A stretch of DNA of 64,000 bases from an uncultured Gammaproteobacteria bacterium (GTDB lineage: Bacteria > Pseudomonadota > Gammaproteobacteria > Eutrophobiales > Eutrophobiaceae). Below, piece after piece: positions 41,382-49,778 of this stretch. The notes under the pieces are model-generated. The model made no database searches, was not told the DNA's origin, and was given only the letters and a program-made list of their open reading frames with translations. The stretch spans positions 989,389 to 1,053,388 of the forward strand of contig CALSOP010000002.1 in the NCBI GenBank assembly GCA_943788005.1. The letters are read 5' to 3'. Position numbers and translations under genes: made by a program. The stretch's first letter is position 1; every line of letters starts with the position of its first letter.

Positions 41382-42380
41382 TCAATAGGTTATGTGCTTC
41401 ACTTGTTGTTTATCGTAATGCATTTGTCGTCTCATCGCTAACGTGTTTTGTTTGATTAGCTCTCGTTGACTTAGTATTTCTTCGCCACGCCCATAAAAGA
41501 CATCAGCCGGTGTCAGGTTATCAAGTGATTCATGATAACGCTCATGGTTGTAATAACTCACAAAACGCTGCAACTGTTCCTCCAGTTCCCCGGGGAAATA
41601 ATAGTGGTGAAGTAATATCTGATTCTTCATTGAACGATGCCAGCGCTCTATCTTGCCTTGTGTTTGTGGATGATAAGGTCGACCTCGAGTGTGCGTCATA
41701 CCGTTTTCTTCAAGGTAATCGGCTAATTCACCGGAGATATAACACGGGCCATTGTCACTGAGTAAACGCGGTTTATGATTTACCTTTACTGTATCAAGTC
41801 CCGTAAAGCGTAAGGCGTCATCCAGCGTATCAGAGACATCACGGCTACTCATGCCCGTACATAAACGCCAGGCAATAATGTAACGTGAGTAATCATCTAA
41901 TACCGTGGATAAGTAATACCAACCCCAACCGATAATCTTGAAATAGGTAAAATCCGTTTGCCACATCTCATTCACGCGCGTAGTGGGCTGTTGAAACTTA
42001 TCACTGGCCTCCATCAGGATATAGGCCGGACTGGTAATTAAGTCTTGTTCTTTCAGCAGCCTGTACACCGTGGATTCTGAGACGAAGTAAGCCTTGTTGT
42101 CAGTGTAATTTACGGCTAACTCTCGTGGAGACAAATCAGGCTTCTCTAAGGCTAACTCAATAACGGCTTCACAGTGGTCTTCGGTGATTTTATTCCATAC
42201 CGCATGGGGAATCGGCTTCTTGTCTTCCAAGCCATCAACGCCATTCTCTTCATAACGTTTGAGCCAGTTGTAAAAAGTGGACTTATGAATGTCCAGCCGA
42301 GTCAGCGTTTGTCGAACCGACAGATCTGAGTTCTGTACCAGTTGAATAATCTCGACTTTATCCGATGCTAAGTACCTCAT
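41382..42380 (-). CDS. IS3-family transposase OrfB (DDE/rve integrase domain)
   Basis: 332 aa. WQTDFTYF...LSDNGPCY...YNHERYHESL pattern of DDE integrase-type transposases. Confidence 0.9.
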   Translation of the reverse strand: MRYLASDKVEIIQLVQNSDLSVRQTLTRLDIHKSTFYNWLKRYEENGVDGLEDKKPIPHAVWNKITEDHCEAVIELALEKPDLSPRELAVNYTDNKAYFVSESTVYRLLKEQDLITSPAYILMEASDKFQQPTTRVNEMWQTDFTYFKIIGWGWYYLSTVLDDYSRYIIAWRLCTGMSSRDVSDTLDDALRFTGLDTVKVNHKPRLLSDNGPCYISGELADYLEENGMTHTRGRPYHPQTQGKIERWHRSMKNQILLHHYYFPGELEEQLQRFVSYYNHERYHESLDNLTPADVFYGRGEEILSQRELIKQNTLAMRRQMHYDKQQVKHITY

Positions 42381-42739
42381 ATATCGTCCTCCCCATCCCC
42401 GAGCACGCTTTTTTTAAGCAGCCGATTCTCCATGACTACTTCGCCTAAGGTTTCTTTCAGCGCAGATGTTTCAGCACGCAGTTCTTTGACTTCATCTGAG
42501 GTCGCTTCACGTACGATATCGCCTGATAAACGTTTCTTACCTGCCTCCAGAAAGTCTTTCGACCAACGGTAGTAAACATTTGGGTTTAGTCCTTCCTTGC
42601 GACATAGCTCAGCGATGCTTTCTTCGCCACGTAAGCCTTCAAGTACGATACGAATTTTTTCTTCTGCTGAATATTTTTTACGGGTGCGTCGACGAATATC
42701 GCGCACAGTATGTTCTACACTTCTTTTACTTGTCATCAT
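42377..42739 (-). CDS. IS3-family transposase OrfA (HTH)
   Basis: 120 aa. YSAEEKIRIVLE...SIAELCRKEGLNPNVYYRWSK HTH plus leucine-zipper-like tail. ATATGA overlap with orfB in the -1 frame. Confidence 0.9.
   Translation of the reverse strand: MMTSKRSVEHTVRDIRRRTRKKYSAEEKIRIVLEGLRGEESIAELCRKEGLNPNVYYRWSKDFLEAGKKRLSGDIVREATSDEVKELRAETSALKETLGEVVMENRLLKKSVLGDGEDDI
42409..42415 (-). other. A7 run: candidate programmed -1 ribosomal frameshift site of the IS
   Basis: The coding strand reads CTT AAA AAA AGC near the end of orfA. A -1 slip here reads ...KKKRARGWGGRYMRYLASDK into orfB. Confidence 0.5.
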
Positions 42740-42822
42740 CGTTTCCTCTTGGGTTAACGATGAACTAAAACTATCTCTTAGACAATCAGGCTAGTTGGTC
42801 CACATGGTGCTGACGGGGTACA

Positions 42823-43134
42823 ATGACTAACCATTTTGATCTGTTTGGCTTACGCCAAGTTTATATTAACTTCAAAGGTCAGGAATATAGTCATTTAGAG
42901 TTTAGGATGATTGGTTTATATAAATTATGCCGTCATCCACTAATGCTGGGTTTTATTGTCGCATTCTGGGCAACGCCGACAATGACTACAGGACACCTGT
43001 TATTTTCTGTTGCAACGACAGCTTATATCTTTATCGCATTACAGTTTGAAGAACGCGATCTACTTACGTTTTTCGGTGATACCTACAAAAGTTATAAGGA
43101 GAAAGTGCCGATGGTGTTTCCATATAAGTGGTAA
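42823..43134 (+). pseudogene. C-terminal fragment of an ICMT/PEMT/MddA-like membrane methyltransferase, truncated by the IS
   Basis: [14 protein letters not shown]...[22 protein letters not shown] matches the C-terminal half of this family. It begins exactly at the IS boundary. Confidence 0.6.
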
Positions 43135-43217
43135 AGCTTATATGTAAGCTATTTCAAGTATTGTCTATCGTAGACGTGTAATATGATGTGGTTTCAGTCA
43201 TAACATGAAAATAAATA

Positions 43218-43970
43218 ATGTCCTCAGAATTACTTGATGTTTTTAATGCAAATAATGGCGTTGTCTGCTGTGTCGGTGCCGGCGGCAAAAAAACCACGAT
43301 GTTCCATTTGGCCAAAGCGCATGCCGGTCGAGTGGGCATAACCGCAACCGCACATATTGAATATTTCCCGAAGACTTTAGATGCTACCAACTATATTGGC
43401 GCTGAAGACGATATTTTAGAAGCCATCCAGAATGATGCTGTTTCAAAAGCCATTGCATTTGCCAAACCATCAGAACGATTTGGAAGGCGTGCTGGCATTA
43501 GTATGCAGTTACTACAAGCGATTAAGGATGAGAATCGTTTTGAATTGATTGTGGTCAAAGCCGACGGTGCACGTGGGCGACTTATGAAAGGTCCTGCGGA
43601 GCATGAGCCGGTCACGCCTGAATTTGCTGATACGGTTATCCCGGTTGTTTCTGTAAAAGTAATCGGCATGACATTGACCGATAAGATTGTCCATCGTGTA
43701 GATCAGATTTCAAAAATTACCGGATTAAACGAGCATGATGAGATTAAGCCTGAACATATTGCGCGTTTGCTTTCATCTAGCGATGGCTCACTTAAGAATA
43801 CAGGTTCCGCAAAAGTAATCCCGTTAATTAATATGGTTGATTATAGTGAACAAGAAACATCAGCAAGGGAAGCTGCGCATCTAGCATTAACGATGACGGA
43901 TAGATTTGATCATATTGTGTTAGCCGCAATGAAAGAAGATGAGCCTATTGTTGATGTGATAAGCAGGTAA
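43218..43970 (+). CDS. yqeC: YqeC-like protein (putative selenium-dependent hydroxylase accessory protein)
   Basis: 250 aa. P-loop-like VGAGGKKTTM and VVKADGARGRLMKGPAEHEPVTP resemble the YqeC family as I recall it. Confidence 0.5.
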   Translation: MSSELLDVFNANNGVVCCVGAGGKKTTMFHLAKAHAGRVGITATAHIEYFPKTLDATNYIGAEDDILEAIQNDAVSKAIAFAKPSERFGRRAGISMQLLQAIKDENRFELIVVKADGARGRLMKGPAEHEPVTPEFADTVIPVVSVKVIGMTLTDKIVHRVDQISKITGLNEHDEIKPEHIARLLSSSDGSLKNTGSAKVIPLINMVDYSEQETSAREAAHLALTMTDRFDHIVLAAMKEDEPIVDVISR

Positions 43971-43985
43971 CGACTATGCTAATAA

Positions 43986-44384
43986 TTATATAAATGGGTC
44001 TTTCATATCCAATGCAATGAGGATGGCATCTCTTATATCGAAGAAGAGAGATATGACAATCGTCGACAATAACAAGATCAGGTAGATGCCATACGGCGAT
44101 TTTAGACTTTCAATCTTGCCGACGATCTCGTTTTTCACTAGGTAAATTGATAGGGGCAGCCAAACTACTATATGGGCAACACCTATAAGGTGAGGTGATT
44201 TTGTTGCTTCAAATATCCAGATAGCGATAGGCATGGATAATATTAAGGAAGCGAAAATAAATCTTGCTGATAGCTGTCTATAAACAAAAATCAATGAGGA
44301 TAAAAAGATGATCATCATCCAGTCCATCCAGATTTTTGTCGCATCTGATGTGGCGGAATTAATTGCAGCTTCCATTTCTTCCAT
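43986..44384 (-). CDS. hypothetical small membrane protein
   Basis: 132 aa with four hydrophobic segments. Its start overlaps the stop of the upstream transporter gene. Confidence 0.4.
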   Translation of the reverse strand: MEEMEAAINSATSDATKIWMDWMMIIFLSSLIFVYRQLSARFIFASLILSMPIAIWIFEATKSPHLIGVAHIVVWLPLSIYLVKNEIVGKIESLKSPYGIYLILLLSTIVISLFFDIRDAILIALDMKDPFI

Positions 44385-45725
44385 TAGTTTTTCACCTTGG
44401 ATGTTATCTCTTCTGTATTTACTGTATCGATAATATCCATATCTGTGGGAAGGGTTTTAATATCAATATCCCAAACAAACGGAAGAAAAAACATGATAAA
44501 CAAAGTAATTATAATTGCACCAACGAGATTGACCCATATCCCTGTTTTTGCCATTTGTTGGATAGTAACGTAACGGCTACTAAATACGATAGCGTTTGGT
44601 GGGGTTGCTACAGGCAACATAAAGGCAAAAGAAGCGGCTAGGGCGACGGCGATCATTAAGCTATAAGGATGTATATGCATAGCGACAGCGAGTGCAGCGA
44701 TAATAGGTAATATCATTGACGCTGTTGCTGTATTGGATGTGATCTCAGTTAGGAAAATAACAAGGATGGTTACTATTGCAATGATTAAAAATAGATTGCT
44801 GCCTTGTAGTATGCTCAGTTGGTCGGCAATAGTTTGTGTCAATCCGCTATCATTAAATCCTTTTGCAAGCGCAAAGCCACCACCAAAAAGTATAAGAATA
44901 TCCCAAGGAATTTTTATAGCCGTTTGCCAATCCAAAAGGAATTCATGCTTTTTTAAATTTGAAGGGATGATGAATAGTAATAGTGCCCCTCCCATCGCAA
45001 TTGTTGAATCTTTTACTGTTTTGAATTGTTCCGTATCGACTAAACCTCGAACCATCCATAAAATGGCGACACTACAAAAAATAAATAGTACGGATTTCTC
45101 TTCTGTAGACATCGGCCCCAATTCGGTGAGTTCACGTTGTATTGTTTCCTTTCCGCCTGGCAAATGATCAATCTCACTTGGGTAAGCAATATGAGTAATG
45201 TAATACCAGGTGATGATTAACATGATGATCGACAAGGGTAGTGCGAACATCATCCAATTCAGAAAACTAATACTTTGCCCGAATTGAGTTTCAATCAAGC
45301 CAGCAAGGATGGCGTTGGGTGGTGTTCCAATAAGCGTTGCAATACCACCGATTGAGGCGGCGTAGGCAATGCCAAGCATCAATGCTATACCAAAATGGAA
45401 ATGTTCCGGACTTGTATCAACTTGAATATCAGGGTCAGAATGAATTTCATCTATGACCTGCTTTAAAACAGCAATGCCTATTGTAAGCATCATCATGGTA
45501 GCAGCAGTATTACTGATCCACATTGACAGCCCTGCTGATGCAATCATAAAACCAAGGATTATTCTATTGGGTGTTATACCGACAAATCGAATTGTGTATA
45601 AGGCAATTCGGCGATGTAGATTCCATTTCTCAATAGTGACTGCGATTAGAAACCCGCCAAGAAAGAGGTATATAAGATGATGTGCATAGGGTTGTGTTAC
45701 TTCACTGCCATTCATGACGCCGAGC
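44384..45725 (-). pseudogene. DASS/SLC13-family anion:Na+ symporter, 5'-truncated by the IS
   Basis: About 447 aa of typical DASS sequence with many TM segments. The first helices are missing. The annotated ORF start at 45778 lies inside the IS end (MCLLNQTATCPKGFDDVQ is IS-encoded). Confidence 0.7.
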
Positions 45726-47227
45726 TGTACGTCGTCAAAACCTTTTGGACAGGTAGCGGTTTGATTTAAGAGACACATTAGTTCATCAATAGGTTATGTG
45801 CTTCACTTGTTGTTTATCGTAATGCATTTGTCGTCTCATCGCTAACGTGTTTTGTTTGATTAGCTCTCGTTGACTTAGTATTTCTTCGCCACGCCCATAA
45901 AAGACATCAGCCGGTGTCAGGTTATCAAGTGATTCATGATAACGCTCATGGTTGTAATAACTCACAAAACGCTGCAACTGTTCCTCCAGTTCCCCGGGGA
46001 AATAATAGTGGTGAAGTAATATCTGATTCTTCATTGAACGATGCCAGCGCTCTATCTTGCCTTGTGTTTGTGGATGATAAGGTCGACCTCGAGTGTGCGT
46101 CATACCGTTTTCTTCAAGGTAATCGGCTAATTCACCGGAGATATAACACGGGCCATTGTCACTGAGTAAACGCGGTTTATGATTTACCTTTACTGTATCA
46201 AGTCCCGTAAAGCGTAAGGCGTCATCCAGCGTATCAGAGACATCACGGCTACTCATGCCCGTACATAAACGCCAGGCAATAATGTAACGTGAGTAATCAT
46301 CTAATACCGTGGATAAGTAATACCAACCCCAACCGATAATCTTGAAATAGGTAAAATCCGTTTGCCACATCTCATTCACGCGCGTAGTGGGCTGTTGAAA
46401 CTTATCACTGGCCTCCATCAGGATATAGGCCGGACTGGTAATTAAGTCTTGTTCTTTCAGCAGCCTGTACACCGTGGATTCTGAGACGAAGTAAGCCTTG
46501 TTGTCAGTGTAATTTACGGCTAACTCTCGTGGAGACAAATCAGGCTTCTCTAAGGCTAACTCAATAACGGCTTCACAGTGGTCTTCGGTGATTTTATTCC
46601 ATACCGCATGGGGAATCGGCTTCTTGTCTTCCAAGCCATCAACGCCATTCTCTTCATAACGTTTGAGCCAGTTGTAAAAAGTGGACTTATGAATGTCCAG
46701 CCGAGTCAGCGTTTGTCGAACCGACAGATCTGAGTTCTGTACCAGTTGAATAATCTCGACTTTATCCGATGCTAAGTACCTCATATATCGTCCTCCCCCA
46801 TCCCCGAGCACGCTTTTTTTAAGCAGCCGATTCTCCATGACTACTTCGCCTAAGGTTTCTTTCAGCGCAGATGTTTCAGCACGCAGTTCTTTGACTTCAT
46901 CTGAGGTCGCTTCACGTACGATATCGCCTGATAAACGTTTCTTACCTGCCTCCAGAAAGTCTTTCGACCAACGGTAGTAAACATTTGGGTTTAGTCCTTC
47001 CTTGCGACATAGCTCAGCGATGCTTTCTTCGCCACGTAAGCCTTCAAGTACGATACGAATTTTTTCTTCTGCTGAATATTTTTTACGGGTGCGTCGACGA
47101 ATATCGCGCACAGTATGTTCTACACTTCTTTTACTTGTCATCATCGTTTCCTCTTGGGTTAACGATGAACTAAAACTATCTCTTAGACAATCAGGCTAGT
47201 TGGTCCACATGGTGCTGACGGGGTACA
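45726..47227 (-). mobile_element. IS3-family insertion sequence, copy 2 (1502 bp)
   Basis: Identical by eye to copy 1 apart from one extra C in a C-run (46795-46799, C5 versus C4 at 42391-42394). Same orientation as copy 1. Confidence 0.9.
45786..47144 (-). CDS. IS3-family transposase, OrfA-OrfB fused in one frame by a 1-nt insertion
   Basis: A 452-aa ORF. The junction reads ...VLGDGGGRYMRYLASDK, versus ...VLGDGEDDI* plus MRYLASDK in copy 1. Confidence 0.85.
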   Translation of the reverse strand: MMTSKRSVEHTVRDIRRRTRKKYSAEEKIRIVLEGLRGEESIAELCRKEGLNPNVYYRWSKDFLEAGKKRLSGDIVREATSDEVKELRAETSALKETLGEVVMENRLLKKSVLGDGGGRYMRYLASDKVEIIQLVQNSDLSVRQTLTRLDIHKSTFYNWLKRYEENGVDGLEDKKPIPHAVWNKITEDHCEAVIELALEKPDLSPRELAVNYTDNKAYFVSESTVYRLLKEQDLITSPAYILMEASDKFQQPTTRVNEMWQTDFTYFKIIGWGWYYLSTVLDDYSRYIIAWRLCTGMSSRDVSDTLDDALRFTGLDTVKVNHKPRLLSDNGPCYISGELADYLEENGMTHTRGRPYHPQTQGKIERWHRSMKNQILLHHYYFPGELEEQLQRFVSYYNHERYHESLDNLTPADVFYGRGEEILSQRELIKQNTLAMRRQMHYDKQQVKHITY

Positions 47228-47559
47228 AACATCTGGCCGCACATGTTGGACATTATATTTTATATGCCATGATGATTAGCATGCCGTTGACCGGCTATAT
47301 TGGCACCGGGGTTAATACAGAGTATTTCTTTTTATTCGATATTCCAAAGTTTGAAAATACAGTAGTCTTTCAAACAGTCGTTGCAGACTGGATGGGTCTG
47401 AGTTTTAAAGAATTTGAAAAGCCAATTGATTTTTTCCATAAGGACATCATGGGATCATTGATCGTCTGGCTGCTTATCCTCGGACACGTATCAGCTGCGT
47501 TATATCATCATCATATTAAGCGTGATAGAACGATTATTAAGATGACAACAGGAAGATAG
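47228..47559 (+). pseudogene. C-terminal fragment of a cytochrome b561 (CybB-like) protein, truncated by the IS
   Basis: HVGHYILY... and ILGHVSAALYHHHIKRDRTIIKM are typical haem-ligand regions of the family. About 70 N-terminal residues are missing. The ORF start at 47200 is inside the IS. Confidence 0.65.
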
Positions 47560-47568
47560 AGTGCCTGT

Positions 47569-47943
47569 TTAGCTATCTAAATCAAAAGCAGACTTTATAG
47601 CATCAAATTTTGCATCAATAACATGAACGTTAGAATAACCCATCATTTCTAATGTATGGGCTGATAGGGAAGCGCGGCCACCAGCAGCACAATGCAGCAA
47701 TATCGGGGTGTTCTCTTCTGGGCAAACATTAGCTATTTTCATTTCCAGAAGACCACGAGGAATATTGCTTGAATCGTTCAGTTTCGATTCTTCGGTTTCA
47801 CCGGGTTCGCGCACATCAATAATGACGGTGCCTTCATGTCGGTCATAAAACATTTTTGCAGCGACTGGATCCATGCAATCGCAGTGTGATTTGGCTCTTT
47901 CAACTAGTTCACTAACGGGAATAATCATCGGGTCTCTCTTCAT
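47569..47943 (-). CDS. single-domain rhodanese (sulfurtransferase)
   Basis: 124 aa. Active-site loop LHCAAGGRAS. Confidence 0.8.
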   Translation of the reverse strand: MKRDPMIIPVSELVERAKSHCDCMDPVAAKMFYDRHEGTVIIDVREPGETEESKLNDSSNIPRGLLEMKIANVCPEENTPILLHCAAGGRASLSAHTLEMMGYSNVHVIDAKFDAIKSAFDLDS

Positions 47944-48111
47944 GTAAATTTATTGTTTAATTATGTCCTATACTTCATGTTTGACCAAGTATTGAGAGTG
48001 TTTTGTTTATTAAATATTTAAAACAAGTTGATACAGATCAAAAATAAATATTGTTTATTTACTATTATGTAATTGTGAATGATTATTAACTCGCTAACTG
48101 GAGAACTTGTT

Positions 48112-48546
48112 ATGGTGGAAGAAGAAAATGAAGTAATCAAGAAGAAAACCGTAATCAGAAAAAAACCGGTTGCTAAAAAAAAGACCATCCGTAAAAAAAC
48201 ATCGCCTTCAAAAAGAGCTGCCGCCGCAAATAGTCGTCAAGCCTTGTCAGATAGACTTAAGCAAGATCTTGATGCAAGTAAAGAAGCGCTTAAGCATGTG
48301 AAAGATGCTGCAGGCGAAGAATTGAAATTGGCAAAGAAGGCTGCGCAGGATGAAATTGCAGTACTAAAAAGTCAATTAAATGCAGCGCTCAAACGGGAAA
48401 AGAAGTTGGTGAAGATCAGCGAAAAAAAGATTCATAAAATATTGGCTACAGGAGAGAAGTGGGAGAAAAAGCAACTTCTCAATATCAAGAAAGCGACTGA
48501 AAAAGCCATACGGAATATAAAGAAAAATAAGTCCAAGAAATCTTGA
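48112..48546 (+). CDS. lysine-rich coiled-coil basic protein (function unknown)
   Basis: GGAG lies 8 nt upstream of ATG 48112 (alternative start 48079). KK-rich N- and C-termini flank a heptad-like middle. Confidence 0.45.
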   Translation: MVEEENEVIKKKTVIRKKPVAKKKTIRKKTSPSKRAAAANSRQALSDRLKQDLDASKEALKHVKDAAGEELKLAKKAAQDEIAVLKSQLNAALKREKKLVKISEKKIHKILATGEKWEKKQLLNIKKATEKAIRNIKKNKSKKS

Positions 48547-48692
48547 TGCGCTGATTAAAGCACGAAAAAGTATCTCTTTTCAAAATCCCATTCAGGTATA
48601 ATCTACCCATAGATTTTGGGTATTATTTCTGAGTGAATACCTAGCCTCTATGTTAGTATCATTTCCCTTTGAAAAACATAAAGATAGTTGTC

Positions 48693-49763
48693 ATGCCCAG
48701 CAAATTAAAAAATGATCGATTTATAAAAGCGTTATTACGACAACCCGTTGATAAGACTCCAGTATGGATGATGCGCCAAGCAGGGCGTTACTTACCAGAG
48801 TATCGGGCAACTCGAGAAAAGGCGGGTGATTTTGTTACATTATGCCAAACACCAGATCTTGCTTGTGAGGTCACCTTGCAACCGCTAGAGCGTTACCCTT
48901 TGGATGCTGCAATATTATTTTCAGACATCTTGACGATCCCTGATGCTATGGGTCTTGGATTGAAATTAATAGAATCAGTAGGCCCTAAATTTGATAATCC
49001 AATTTCCTCGCTAGCAGATATTAAAAATCTACCCATGCCTGATCCTGAAGAAGATCTCGGTTATGTCATGGATGCTGTACGTTTGATTCGCAAGGAATTG
49101 GATGGCAGTGTGCCATTAATAGGTTTTGCTGGTAGTCCGTGGACATTGGCAACCTATATGATTGAAGGTGGATCGAGTAAAGACTTTGGTAAAATAAAAA
49201 AGATGCTTTATCAGGAACCGGATAGCCTGCATCTTTTACTTAGCCATGTTGCCAAGGCTGTCAGTCAATATTTGAACGCACAGATAAATGCAGGTGCACA
49301 AGCAATTCAGATCTTTGATACGTGGGGTGGTGTCTTGTCGACGCCGGCCTATCATGAATTTTCTCTTGCCTACATGAAACAAATCCTCGACGAATTACAG
49401 CGAGAGCACGATGGAGAGAAAATCCCTGTTATCTTGTTTACAAAAGGTGCTTCTGGTTGGATTGAAGATATAGCCAATACCGGTTGTGATGCTGTTGGGC
49501 TTGATTGGATGCAGGAGATTGGTCAGGTTCGATCAAAAATCGGCTACCGTGTTGCACTGCAGGGCAATATGGATCCAGCGATTCTTAAATCTAATCCTGA
49601 AGTAATTCGTAATGAAGTTGCATCGATACTTGAAAGTTATGGTGAAGGTTCTGGGCATGTTTTTAACCTAGGGCATGGTATAACGCCAGATATCGATCCG
49701 GAAAATGCAGGTGCCTTTATCAATGCTGTGCATGAATTAAGTAAGCAATATCATACTAAATAG
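48693..49763 (+). CDS. hemE: uroporphyrinogen decarboxylase
   Basis: [15 protein letters not shown] signature in a full-length HemE. ATG 48693 is preferred over TTG 48669. Confidence 0.95.
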   Translation: MPSKLKNDRFIKALLRQPVDKTPVWMMRQAGRYLPEYRATREKAGDFVTLCQTPDLACEVTLQPLERYPLDAAILFSDILTIPDAMGLGLKLIESVGPKFDNPISSLADIKNLPMPDPEEDLGYVMDAVRLIRKELDGSVPLIGFAGSPWTLATYMIEGGSSKDFGKIKKMLYQEPDSLHLLLSHVAKAVSQYLNAQINAGAQAIQIFDTWGGVLSTPAYHEFSLAYMKQILDELQREHDGEKIPVILFTKGASGWIEDIANTGCDAVGLDWMQEIGQVRSKIGYRVALQGNMDPAILKSNPEVIRNEVASILESYGEGSGHVFNLGHGITPDIDPENAGAFINAVHELSKQYHTK

Positions 49764-49778
49764 TTGTTTTTAAATTCG

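Larger units (their letters stand above)
41322..42822 (-). mobile_element. IS3-family insertion sequence, copy 1 (1501 bp)
   Basis: Ends are TGTACGTCGTCAAAACC... and ...GCTGACGGGGTACA, imperfect ~25-bp IRs (19/25 by eye) with TG..CA termini. orfA and orfB overlap in the 0/-1 frames. Confidence 0.9.

Noticed and set aside
45786-47144. 452-aa ORF that could be mistaken for a novel large protein
   Set aside because: It is the OrfA+OrfB transposase of the IS3-family element, with residues identical to the two ORFs of copy 1. It is reported as an IS feature instead.
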